Shown: one piece after another, positions 1 through 10,400 of the stretch
How the letters are laid out: each line of letters starts with the position of its first letter
Position numbering within the stretch: the stretch's first letter is position 1
Source of the DNA: an uncultured Candidatus Saccharibacteria bacterium
Lineage (GTDB): Bacteria; Patescibacteriota; Minisyncoccia; Phycocordibacterales; Zambryskibacteraceae
Reading direction: 5' to 3'
Assembly: GCA_964357635.1 (NCBI GenBank)
Contig: CAYHLZ010000001.1
Location: forward strand, 198,674 to 262,673
Length of the DNA: 64,000 nucleotides
The notes under the pieces: generated by a model
What the model saw: the letters and a program-made list of their open reading frames with translations, nothing else
Told to the model about the DNA's origin: nothing
The model's database searches: none
Program-made: the position numbers and the translations under genes

Positions 1-1
1 T

Positions 2-742
2 CCCAAGGAGTTAATAGTTGAAAAAGTGCTAAATGGATACGGTACGCCAATAGATGGACCTCTTCCGGCCGGAGTTTATCCTTGGACTAGTGGCAGAGAT
101 ACAAAGGCACCTCTTGAAGAAAGAATTGAAAGCGCCAAAACACTTTTAGCGGAAGCTGACTGGAAATTTAACGAAGAAACAGGTGTACTTGAAAAAAAAT
201 CTAAGTCGGGTACAATAAGTCTGTCGTTTTCAATCTCTACTGGTGACGCTCTAGAACTCCAAGCCGTAGCAGAAGAACTTGTTACTAGTTGGCAGAAACT
301 AGGTGCTAAGGTAACCGTTCAAGTCTTTGAGACAGGAGATCTGAATCAAAATGTCATCCGTTCGAGAAACTTTGACACCCTTCTTTTCGGTAAAGTCGTT
401 GGTAGAGATGCTGACTTGTATCCATTCTGGCACTCATCTCAAAAGGCTGATCCAGGATTAAACATTGCTCTTTATACCAATAGTCGTGCCGACAAATTGC
501 TAGAGGCAGCTCGAAGTGCTGACAAACCAGAAGAGGTTGAAGAGAATTACAAAGCGTTTGCTGAAGAGTTAAGAGTTGATATGCCAGCAATCTTTCTCTA
601 TACACCAAGTTTTCTTTATGTGGTACCTGAGAAGATAAAGGCAATTTCCCTCAACTCTCTAACTGTTTCTCAAGATAGATTCTTGGGTTTGAGAGATTGG
701 TATATAGAGACAAGTATGGTCTGGAAAATATTCGTTGATTAA
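2..742 (+). CDS. ABC transporter substrate-binding protein family 5 (OppA/DppA-like), C-terminal part; 5' end outside window
   Basis: Frame open from the window edge; 'DLYPFWHSSQ..PGLNIALY.N..AD.LLE.AR' and 'DMPAIFLY' are typical SBP_bac_5 C-terminal motifs. Confidence 0.85.
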   Translation, partial: PKELIVEKVLNGYGTPIDGPLPAGVYPWTSGRDTKAPLEERIESAKTLLAEADWKFNEETGVLEKKSKSGTISLSFSISTGDALELQAVAEELVTSWQKLGAKVTVQVFETGDLNQNVIRSRNFDTLLFGKVVGRDADLYPFWHSSQKADPGLNIALYTNSRADKLLEAARSADKPEEVEENYKAFAEELRVDMPAIFLYTPSFLYVVPEKIKAISLNSLTVSQDRFLGLRDWYIETSMVWKIFVD

Positions 743-755
743 AATCTATTAAAAC

Positions 756-2531
756 ATGAACAACTCATTTAGTAGTGGTATGCGCCACAAAAACATTCGT
801 AGGAGGTCAAATGCTCCTGTGGCAGCAAAAAAGCCTCATGATATTATTCCCCCACTTGCGGAAGGAAATATAAGAATTATTCCACTGGGTGGAGTAGAAG
901 AAGTTGGTAGAAACATGACGGTAGTTGAATATGGTGACGATATTATCGTCATGGATGCCGGTATCAAATTTAGCGACCACGAAACACCGGGTATTGACTA
1001 TATTTTGCCCAACATTAAATATCTTGAAGAGCACAAAGACAAGATAAGAGCTGTTATCATCACCCACGGTCACCTAGACCACATTGGCTCTATCCCTTAT
1101 GTGCTAAATCGTTTCGGCAATCCACCTATCTACACTAGAGAATTCGGCTCTCTTCTTATCCAGAAGCGTCAAGCTGAATTTCCTCAACTTCCTCCTCTTG
1201 ATATAAAAATCGTTGAGGCCAATGATAAATTTATCCCCATAGGAAAACATTTTAAAGTTTGCTTCTTTGGCGTTACTCACTCTATCCCTGATTCTACCGG
1301 AGTTATCATTGAGACTCCTCACGGCGATATCGTCAACACCGGTGACGTTCGTATAGAAAACGAAGATGGTGTACCAGACGAGACGGAGATAGAACATTAT
1401 AAAAAGTTTAAGGATAGAAAAATTCTTCTTTTCTTGATGGACTCAACTGGTATAGAAAAGCCGGGGTTCTCCCCTTCCGAGAAAGTGATTGTAAAGAATA
1501 TTGATGGCATCGTGGCAACTTCACCCGGTCGTATTATCTTGGCAACCTTTGCTTCACAAGTTGAACGAGTTATTGAGTTTATAAAAATAGCGAAACATCA
1601 CTCAAGAAAAGTCTTTATTGAAGGCAGGGCCATGAAGACCAATGTTGAAATCATCAAACATTTAAATCTTGTTGATGTTGCTCACCTTTGTCCAATTGAA
1701 GACATTACGAAATACCCAAAGAATAAGGTCATGATTATCACCACAGGTGCTCAGGGTGAGGAGTATGCAGCTCTCATGCGTATGTCAAACAGAACGCACA
1801 AACAGATTCGTCTTGAGTCAACCGACACCATAGTCCTTTCTTCTTCTGTAATTCCAGGCAACGAACGCGCTATTTCAAAGCTTAAAGACAATCTTTATAG
1901 GAATGACTCTAAAATCATTACTTACCTAGATTCCGACGTTCACACCTCTGGTCACGGTAAGCGTGGAGAAATTGAGTGGCTACACAAGCAAATTCCTTAT
2001 AAATTCTTTATGCCAGTACACGGTAACCACTATATGCTCAAAATGCATGCGGAACTTGCGACAAGAATCGGTTGTCCACGAGAAAATATTATTGTGCCAG
2101 ACAACGGCAGTATTATTGAGCTTCAAGATGGAGGTAGCAAATATGTCAGACTTGCGGAGAAAGCTCCGTCGGAAGATATGGTTGTTGAAGGACTCTCTAT
2201 TGGTGACATTTCTGAAGTAGTTATTAGGGATAGAAAAATGCTTGCTGAAGATGGAATCTTTGTGGTTATTGCACTGGTTAATACCCGCACAGGACACCTC
2301 AAGAAGTCTCCAGATATAATCGCGCGTGGCTTTGTTTACTTGCGGGAATCTCAAGAACTACTTTCCGAGGCCAGACACTTAATCAAACGCTCTATTGAAA
2401 GCACGACCGTCGGCGCTAATCCTATTAACTTTGATTTTGCAAAGAATGCTGTTGTTGAAGACGTATCACGTTTTCTCTTCCAACGTACAGCCAAGGCTCC
2501 AATAGTTATCCCAGTTATTTTAGGCGCATAG
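756..2531 (+). CDS. rnj: Ribonuclease J
   Basis: IIPLGGVEEVGRNM, THGHLDHIG, HSIPDS, HTSGH, PVHG motifs of the beta-CASP RNase J family. Confidence 0.97.
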   Translation: MNNSFSSGMRHKNIRRRSNAPVAAKKPHDIIPPLAEGNIRIIPLGGVEEVGRNMTVVEYGDDIIVMDAGIKFSDHETPGIDYILPNIKYLEEHKDKIRAVIITHGHLDHIGSIPYVLNRFGNPPIYTREFGSLLIQKRQAEFPQLPPLDIKIVEANDKFIPIGKHFKVCFFGVTHSIPDSTGVIIETPHGDIVNTGDVRIENEDGVPDETEIEHYKKFKDRKILLFLMDSTGIEKPGFSPSEKVIVKNIDGIVATSPGRIILATFASQVERVIEFIKIAKHHSRKVFIEGRAMKTNVEIIKHLNLVDVAHLCPIEDITKYPKNKVMIITTGAQGEEYAALMRMSNRTHKQIRLESTDTIVLSSSVIPGNERAISKLKDNLYRNDSKIITYLDSDVHTSGHGKRGEIEWLHKQIPYKFFMPVHGNHYMLKMHAELATRIGCPRENIIVPDNGSIIELQDGGSKYVRLAEKAPSEDMVVEGLSIGDISEVVIRDRKMLAEDGIFVVIALVNTRTGHLKKSPDIIARGFVYLRESQELLSEARHLIKRSIESTTVGANPINFDFAKNAVVEDVSRFLFQRTAKAPIVIPVILGA

Positions 2532-2557
2532 GTTAAAATTTGGGCTATAATTAGTTC

Positions 2558-3706
2558 ATGAAAAGGTTTGTACCGGTCTTTGTCATCACTGTTTTTCTAT
2601 CGTTTCACTATGGCGCAATTCTTTATGTAAACTCGTCTCTTTTGGGTAAGTTTTTTAACCAAAACACTGTTAGCCTGCTTTTCATATTGGGTGCCGTGGC
2701 AAGCTGTATTTTGTTTCTTTTTACCGCACAGTTGATTGAATGGTTTGGTAAGCGCCTGCTTCTCCTAATCCTTCTTTCTGTTTCCACTCTTACAACTCTT
2801 GGCTTAGCTTTTGCCCAAACCGGCGCTAACGCAGCAGTCTATTTCTTGGCTCACGAATGCGTATTACTTACAATCTATTACTGTCTAGACATTTTTCTTG
2901 AAGAAGTCTCTCTAGATGGTAATACTGGTGAAGTTAGAGGCATTTATCTGACCCTTATTAATCTTGGAATAGCCGCTGGACCAATAATACTTTTAATCTT
3001 TGGCGATGATGAGACATTTAAACCTATTTATATACTTGCCACTGTTTTACTAATAGTTCCACTTGTTATGACTATTTTTACTTTAAAATCTCGTATGCCA
3101 AAGTGGCACGGGATAACCCACAGACACATTTTCCTACCTTTTAGAGCTTGGTGGAGACACGGGGCACTAAGACGTATAACTATTGCCAGACTTATACTTG
3201 AATCCTTTTTTGCTTTTATGATTATTTATACACCGGTTTACCTTCATAATAATCTTGGTTTTGAATGGTCGGAGCTTGGTATTATTTTTACCGTAATGCT
3301 TCTACCTTTTGTACTTTTTCAGTGGCCTGCTGGTGAACTTGCTGATCGCTACTATGGCGAGAAAGAAATTTTATGCATTGGATTTTTAATAACTGCCTTA
3401 TCTCTAGCGGTTATGCCGTTTCTAGGAAAGATATTTATGGCATGGCTTTTCATCCTTTTTGTTTCAAGAGTTGGCGCAAGTTTTGTTGAGATAATGACTG
3501 AAAGCTACTTTTTCAAACACGTTGGACCAAGAGACACTGGGCTTATAAGCATTTTTCGTCTCACCCGCCCCGTAAGCATCATTTTGGGCGCGGGAGCTGG
3601 GGTTCTAGCACTAAGTTTCCTCACCTTTGAACAAGTATTTTTTGTCTTGGCGGCAATTGTATTATTGGGCCTTAAGGTAAGTTTGGCTCTTAGAGATACG
3701 AAATAA
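2558..3706 (+). CDS. MFS transporter
   Basis: About 12 hydrophobic segments; 'GELADRYYGEK' resembles MFS motif A. Confidence 0.85.
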   Translation: MKRFVPVFVITVFLSFHYGAILYVNSSLLGKFFNQNTVSLLFILGAVASCILFLFTAQLIEWFGKRLLLLILLSVSTLTTLGLAFAQTGANAAVYFLAHECVLLTIYYCLDIFLEEVSLDGNTGEVRGIYLTLINLGIAAGPIILLIFGDDETFKPIYILATVLLIVPLVMTIFTLKSRMPKWHGITHRHIFLPFRAWWRHGALRRITIARLILESFFAFMIIYTPVYLHNNLGFEWSELGIIFTVMLLPFVLFQWPAGELADRYYGEKEILCIGFLITALSLAVMPFLGKIFMAWLFILFVSRVGASFVEIMTESYFFKHVGPRDTGLISIFRLTRPVSIILGAGAGVLALSFLTFEQVFFVLAAIVLLGLKVSLALRDTK

Positions 3707-3710
3707 ATAT

Positions 3711-5351
3711 TTATTTTTTCTTTGCCTTCGCTACCTTTATAAACATAGAAAAAAGTGGGTGGGGAGAGAGTGGTCGAGCCTTAAATTCTGGATGAAACTG
3801 GGTCGCTAGGAAAAATGGATGAGCTTTTTGTGGCAACTCCACTATTTCACAAAGCTCGCCATTGGGAGATATTCCAGAGAAGGTCATTCCGGCTTTAGTT
3901 AGTCTTTCAACAAACTTTGGATTTACCTCAAAACGATGCCTATGTCTTTCTGAGATTTTAGTTGTTCCGTAAGCCTTAAACGCAAGGGTCTTTGGCTTTA
4001 TCACTGCTGGATAAGCACCAAGACGCATGCTGCCACCCAGTTTCTTATCTTTAATCTTATCTTTCTGATCCTCCATCACATCTATAACAGGATGTTTAGT
4101 AAATCTGTCTATTTCCGTTGTATTGGCATCTTTCAATTTAAGAACATTTCTTGCATATTCAACTATTGCCAACTGCATGCCATAACAAAGCCCAAAGTAA
4201 GGAATCTTTTTCTCCCGAGCAAATTTTATTGCACTTATAATTCCTTCTACCCCCCTAGCACCGAAACCTCCAGGAACTATTATGCCGTCATAGTTTTTAA
4301 GTTCTGAAACTTTACGCTTCCCTGTTTCATAATCTTTTGCATTTATCCACACTAATTCTGGTTTTACGCCTTGGTAAGCTGAAGAAATTCTCATTGCCTC
4401 TATAACCGACACATAAGCGTCAGAGAGTACAAAATCTCCTGTGTCAAAGTACTTACCAACCATGGCTATTTTTAATCCCCTCTTGGCTCTCTTGGTATAA
4501 GAGACAAATTTTCTCCAAGCCAAGAGGTCCTTTTTCTTAGATTTTAGACCAAATTGTCTTAATATTTTCTGACCCAACTCTTCTTTCTCAAAATTTATAG
4601 GCGCATCATAAATACTGTCAATGTCTGGTGCTGGAATAATATTTTCACTTAGAACGCCTGTTGCTAAGGCAATTTTTTCCTTCCGTTTCTCATCAATGGG
4701 CATTTCGCTTCTTGCGATAATCATATCTGGTTGAATACCATAAGAATTTAGTTGACGAATAGCATTTTGTGTAAGTTTGGTCTTCATTTCTCCAAGTTTT
4801 CTTGGTATGGGTAGATATGAGACCATAACAAACATTACATTCTCGGGTTCTCTTATTTTGAGTAACCTTGCCGCCTCAAGAAAGATAGCATTCTGATACT
4901 CTCCGACCGTACCCCCGATCTCCGTTATTGTGATGCCTGCTTTAGTTTTCTTTACAGAATTGTTGATACGAAGAAGGATTTCTTCCGTGACGTGATAAAC
5001 AGGTTCAACGCACTTGCCGTTGTATCCAAGGGCACGTTCTTTATCAATAATATGTTTTAAAACCATGCCATTGGTTAAGTAATTTTCCGAAGGCATGTCT
5101 ACATTCAAGAAACGTTCGTAATTGCCCATATCTTGGTCAGTTTCAAGACCAGAATCAAGCACAAAGACTTCTCCATGTTCAACAGGATTCATGGTGCCTG
5201 CATCAACATTTAGATATGGGTCTGCTTTTATCAGACTGATTGAGAAACCCTTTGATTGAAGAATAGCTCCGATTGAAGAAGTAGCGACACCTTTGCCAAC
5301 TCCCGACATTACCCCACCTACGACAAAGATGTATTTATGCCGTTTCTTCAT
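3711..5351 (-). CDS. pyrG: CTP synthase (start placed at MKKRHKY)
   Basis: GGVMSGVGKG, DPYLNVDAGTMNP, GLCYGMQ, ERHRHR, QFHPE. Confidence 0.98.
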   Translation of the reverse strand: MKKRHKYIFVVGGVMSGVGKGVATSSIGAILQSKGFSISLIKADPYLNVDAGTMNPVEHGEVFVLDSGLETDQDMGNYERFLNVDMPSENYLTNGMVLKHIIDKERALGYNGKCVEPVYHVTEEILLRINNSVKKTKAGITITEIGGTVGEYQNAIFLEAARLLKIREPENVMFVMVSYLPIPRKLGEMKTKLTQNAIRQLNSYGIQPDMIIARSEMPIDEKRKEKIALATGVLSENIIPAPDIDSIYDAPINFEKEELGQKILRQFGLKSKKKDLLAWRKFVSYTKRAKRGLKIAMVGKYFDTGDFVLSDAYVSVIEAMRISSAYQGVKPELVWINAKDYETGKRKVSELKNYDGIIVPGGFGARGVEGIISAIKFAREKKIPYFGLCYGMQLAIVEYARNVLKLKDANTTEIDRFTKHPVIDVMEDQKDKIKDKKLGGSMRLGAYPAVIKPKTLAFKAYGTTKISERHRHRFEVNPKFVERLTKAGMTFSGISPNGELCEIVELPQKAHPFFLATQFHPEFKARPLSPHPLFSMFIKVAKAKKK

Positions 5352-5423
5352 CTTGTTTCCATTGCAAAACATTATATAGGAAGCGTTGAAAATCATCCAA
5401 CTTTCGGATAGTGTGTAGTCTAT

Positions 5424-5494
5424 TGCGGGATCGTCTAATGGTAGGACATATGCCTCTGGAGCATATTATCTTGGTTCGAGTCCAAGTCCCGCAG
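5424..5494 (+). tRNA. tRNA-Gln(CTG)
   Basis: Cloverleaf: TGCGGGA/TCCCGCA acceptor stem, TATGC-CT CTG GA-GCATA anticodon arm, GGTTCGAGTCC T arm; CCA not encoded. Confidence 0.96.
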
Positions 5495-5529
5495 CAAGGT
5501 GTTTGTTTTGTGATGTATAATATGAACAT

Positions 5530-6912
5530 ATGAGAAGCATCGGTGAGAAGTGCGGAGTTTTTGGTGTCTATGGAAAAGGTTTAGATGCAAGTCGTCTAAC
5601 CTTTTTTGGTTTGTACGCTCTCCAACACAGAGGACAAGAAAGTTCTGGTATTGCCTCTGGAGATGGTAATAAGATTCGCTGTTTTAAAGATACAGGGCTC
5701 GTGGCACAAGTATTCAACGAAGAGGCTATATCTAGTCTTACGGGCCATATTGCTATAGGACACAACCGCTACTCAACCTCTTCTGGTACGGGTATTAAGC
5801 ACGCCCAGCCCATAGAAACAGAAGGTGGAAGCATGGTGCTTGCTCACAACGGCAATCTTCCCAACCTAGACAAACTTCAAGATTTTTTAAAGAAAAAAGG
5901 AGTTGTTGTCGCTGAAGTTTCTGATTCAAAGATTGTTTGCGAAGCAATTCATGCCCTAACCAAAGAAGGTAGGGAGATAGAAAAAGCTGTTGAAGAAGTC
6001 TTCCAGCTTATTGATGGCGCTTTTTCTATCCTCATAATGACAAAGGATAAACTCATCGCTATTCGCGACCACTTTGGAATCCGACCATTCTCTATTGGCA
6101 AATTAAATGGCGGGTTTATCTTCTCATCCGAAACATGCGCTTTTCACCCCATTGGAGCTACATTTCTAAGAGACGTTTTGCCGGGAGAGATGGTCATAGT
6201 GGATGAAAAAGGTTTAAGAAGTAAACAAGTTCTTCAGAGTAATCAGAAGCTAGACATTTTTGAATTCGTCTATTTTTCTAGACCCGATAGCGTTCTGCTT
6301 GGTAAATCTGTCTATGAAGTCCGAAAAAAATTTGGTGTTAAGTTGGCCAAAGAATATCCCATAGAAGCTGACGTTATTATCCCTGTGCCAGAGACAGCCA
6401 TACCTGTTGCTATCGGGTATGCCAACTCTTCTGGTATTCCTTTTGAAGCTGGACTTATAAAGAGTCGTTATATCCACAGAACATTTATTGAGCCAGAGCA
6501 ACATATCCGAGAACAGGGTGTTAAGTTGAAACTTGCTCCACTTAGAGAAGTTATTGAGAATAAGCGAGTTATTGTGGTGGATGACTCAATAGTGCGAGGC
6601 ACAACTTCAAAACAGATTGTAAAAATGCTTTTTGATACTGGGGCCAAAGAAGTTCACTTCCTTGTCTCTTCCCCGCCAGTAAAGTTCCCTGACTTTTACG
6701 GGATAGATCTTCCTCGTAGAGAGGATTTATTAGCATCAAAAAAGTCTATAGAAGAGATGAACAAGTATCTCGGTTCTACTTCACTTAACTTCCTTTCTTA
6801 TAAGAGCATGATAGAAGCAACTGGTGTGGATGAATCTTCTTTTTGTACCTCGTGCTTTACGGGAGTTTATCCGATTGATGTAAAAAATGCTATAATCAGA
6901 GAGAAAATTTGA
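5530..6912 (+). CDS. purF: Amidophosphoribosyltransferase
   Basis: Propeptide then CGVFG, LQHRGQES, GHNRYST, HNGN, VVDDSIVRGTT. Confidence 0.97.
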   Translation: MRSIGEKCGVFGVYGKGLDASRLTFFGLYALQHRGQESSGIASGDGNKIRCFKDTGLVAQVFNEEAISSLTGHIAIGHNRYSTSSGTGIKHAQPIETEGGSMVLAHNGNLPNLDKLQDFLKKKGVVVAEVSDSKIVCEAIHALTKEGREIEKAVEEVFQLIDGAFSILIMTKDKLIAIRDHFGIRPFSIGKLNGGFIFSSETCAFHPIGATFLRDVLPGEMVIVDEKGLRSKQVLQSNQKLDIFEFVYFSRPDSVLLGKSVYEVRKKFGVKLAKEYPIEADVIIPVPETAIPVAIGYANSSGIPFEAGLIKSRYIHRTFIEPEQHIREQGVKLKLAPLREVIENKRVIVVDDSIVRGTTSKQIVKMLFDTGAKEVHFLVSSPPVKFPDFYGIDLPRREDLLASKKSIEEMNKYLGSTSLNFLSYKSMIEATGVDESSFCTSCFTGVYPIDVKNAIIREKI

Positions 6913-7490
6913 TGCAAAACTATTACGCAAGTAGAGACCACGAGAAGATGAAAGAGGTTCTAATGTCCCCAGATAGAGAGGGTCCAGCTATTCACTACTA
7001 CATGATTCGCGGAGGAAGTGAAAAAACCAATATCACTGTCTGGGAAATGGGTTTAATTGGTCGAGAATATATTAAAACCTATGGACATTATCATGTTGGT
7101 GATGTAAATGAAAAATACACTGTTCTTCAAGGAAAAGGCATCATTATTATCCAAGAAAGGTCTTTGGACGTTAACGGTATTCCTATTGATGATGAAATAA
7201 GTAATTTTAGTGCCAAATTTGTGAAGAGTGGAGACGAGATAAATATACCTAAAAATGCTGGACACTTAATGGTAAATGTTGGTAAAGTTTGGCTCGTAAT
7301 GTCTGACAACTCCCCAGTCAGTTTTGAAGAAAAAGATCCTGTGAGCCTACCAGGACATGCCGATTACGAACCCTTTCGCAAACTTAGAGGAGCTGCTTAC
7401 TATGTGGTAGAAAAAGACGGTAAACCCACTCTAGTGAAGAATCCTAATTATAAAAAAGTTCCAAGTGCCAGTATTTCTAATCACCCATAA
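6912..7490 (+). CDS. Cupin-type glucose-6-phosphate isomerase family protein
   Basis: KTYGHYH, E-x-Y, 'GHLMVN' and 'GAAYYV' match archaeal-type cupin PGI; ATG overlaps the purF stop. Confidence 0.75.
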   Translation: MQNYYASRDHEKMKEVLMSPDREGPAIHYYMIRGGSEKTNITVWEMGLIGREYIKTYGHYHVGDVNEKYTVLQGKGIIIIQERSLDVNGIPIDDEISNFSAKFVKSGDEINIPKNAGHLMVNVGKVWLVMSDNSPVSFEEKDPVSLPGHADYEPFRKLRGAAYYVVEKDGKPTLVKNPNYKKVPSASISNHP

Positions 7491-10400
7491 TTACCTCCAC
7501 ATTGTAGATTTTGCCGTCTGATGACAGGATAATCTCTTTTGAGTCCAACATTTTACCATTTACCGCTATAGACTTAACTCCGCGACTCAATCCTAAAGGA
7601 TTTTTGACAGTTATTTTATAGCTGGTTGATTTGAAGAAATAAGAAACCTTAAACTCTTTCCAGTCTTTGGGGATGCATGGATTTATAATTAATTTTGACT
7701 TAGAGATTTTAATACCCAAAATAAACTCTAAAGTTGTTCGGTACATTAGCCCCGCAGCACCGGTGTACCATGTCCAACCGCCTCGCCCTTCATATGACGG
7801 TTTTGAATAAATATCTGATGCAACTACATATGGTTCAACTCTATATTGAGTCACCCCTTCTGGACTTCTTGAACGATTAATCGGATTTATAAGGTCAATG
7901 ATGTTTTTTGCCTTGTCCCCTTCTCCTAAGGTAGCAAAAGCCTGTGCCACCCATAGAGCCGCATGGTTATATTGAGAACCATTTTCTCTCACTCCAGGCG
8001 GGTAATCTCCTGTATAACCCACACGCATAGATGACTTTGCTATAGGGGGCGCCAATAACTTCAAAAGTTTTTTGTCTGGCATCAGATATTTTTCTACTGC
8101 GTCCATGGCCTCTCTTGCCCTTTCTTCTGTGCCAGCCCTACTTAAAACTGCCCACGACTGAGTAATTGAGTCAATTTTTATTTCTTCGTTTAAGTGGGAC
8201 CCTAGTGGCGCGCCATCATCAAAGTAAGCTCTTCTGTACCAAGACCCGTCCCAGCCGTGAATCTCAAGCGCATTTTTAATTGATTCGGCAATATTTCTAT
8301 ATTTATCAAGATGTTCAACATCATTTAATTTGGTACAAACTTCAGAAAATCTAGTCAAAATTGAATACAAGAAAAACCCAGACCAAACACTCTCTCCTTT
8401 ACCATTAATTCCAACTTCATTAAATCCGTCGTTCCAGTCCCCTTTACCAATAAGAGGTAGTCCGTGTTCGCCGAAGAATAACGACTTATCAATAGCACGC
8501 GTACAGTGCTCAAATAGCGAATACTTACCTTTTGTTATTTCTGGAACACCCACCCACTCTTTTTTGTTTTTAAAGTCTAGAGCTGGTCCTTCTAGAAACG
8601 GCATTCGCTCGTCAAAAATACTGAAATCACCGGTGATTTCAACATAAGAACATACTATATGTGGTAACCACAACTGATGATCTGACATAACAGAACGCAT
8701 GCCGAAATTATTATGTTCATGCCACCAAGTCTGCACATCACCTTCCACAAATTGATGCTCGGCAGCATCAAGAATCACTTTTCGCACTAAATCAGGATTA
8801 GAATAGATAAATGCGGTTATATCTTGCAGTTGGTCTCTAAAGCCAAAGGCGCCAGATGGCTGTGAATATCCGGCTTTTGTAAATATTCTTGATGATAGGA
8901 TTTGATAAAGAATCCAGTCATTAAACATGATGTCTAGAGACTCGTCGGGTGTAGAGATTGTAATGCTTCTAGAAATTTGGTCCCAATATCGTTCAACTTG
9001 GGCTAGCGCCTCTGTTATCTTTGGTAACTTACGATAAGTGGTTACTAGTTTGCGTATTTCCTCAATGTTTTCCCCTTCTCCGAGAAGAATAAGAACGCTC
9101 TTTTCTTCGCCAGACTTAAGATTGACTACTGTCTGAAGGCTCACGCTGTGGTCAGGTTCATATTTAATCTCATTAGAAAGTTTTTCTTTCTTTAGCGCCT
9201 CTGGAGATTTCACACTACCGCCTCGCCCAAAAAATTCTTCTCTACTTGTTGAGATAGCGTAATTCCCCTTGTTCATGTCAAGAAAAACTAAATTCCCTTG
9301 AAAATGGTTTCTGACAATGTTTTGTGTTATGACTGCCTTTGTCTTGTTGTCTGTACTCGTTATGAGAGAGCGTTTAGTTTGTTCGTAATTTACACCTAGT
9401 ACCAACTCAAAAAATCCTGTCACAGAAAGATTTCTTGTTTCAGTTCCAGTATTTTTTATTGTGAGTTTAAAAATCTTTATTTTCTCCGTTGTGGGAACAA
9501 ACATAAGCAGTTTGTGCTCCAGAGAACCGCGCTTATGCTCAAAAGTAGAGTACCCTCGCCCATGTTTTACAGTGTATGAGCGATCTTCTCCCAAGGGATA
9601 AGGAGTTGGAGACCACAGTTCTCCAGTTTTTTCGTCTCTAATGTAGAGAATCTCACCAGAAGCATCTAATAAACTATCCGCGGCCCAACTTGTCAGCCTG
9701 TTGTCGTAACTGTCAACAGACCAAGTATGGCTCGATCCCCCCTCGGACACCATAAATCCAAACTGAGGGTTAGAAATAACATTAACCCAAGAAGCGGGAG
9801 TTTTAAGGTCTTGAGAGAGATGCATTACATATTCTTTTTTAGTCTCATCAAACCCACCTAAACCATTGTAAAAAGATAAAGAATTTGATGGCTTTAGTGC
9901 CACTTCTTTTTCTGGCAACTCTTTACTTGATTTGAAAATGTTTGGCAATGGTTTGATATTCGGCTTTCTATTTCTTGTTTTTATTTGATATTCAAGGTTA
10001 CCTTCCTCACTATCAAAAATTGCCGAGGCGTTAAAGAGTATAGAGTGTCTGTCTTCTACTGACATGAAATTTGTTTTCAAGTGAAAAACCTTACCGTTAC
10101 TGTGATTATTTTCAACTAGTTTGTTGTAGCGAATGATGAAATCAATCTCGTCATGTAGTGTTTTTATATACCCACCAGGATGTTCGTTGTAGATAACTAT
10201 GTCAATATTTAGACCTTTGTATGTTAAATATCGGTAGCAGAGTAAAACGTTTTTAATAAAATTAATATCTTCTATATCCTTAATTTTAACTACTATGATG
10301 GGCGTATCTCCAGAAATTCCATATTTCCACAGCGAATGAATCATTGGGAAAGCTGGGCTAACGTTGGTAGGCTTATCGCGCAGGTAACCACCAGCCAAGA

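Noticed and set aside
7460-7469. TCCAAGTGCC resembling the tRNA-Gln 3' end at the PGI/cgs junction
   Set aside because: Only 9/10 nt and inside coding sequence; compatible with chance.
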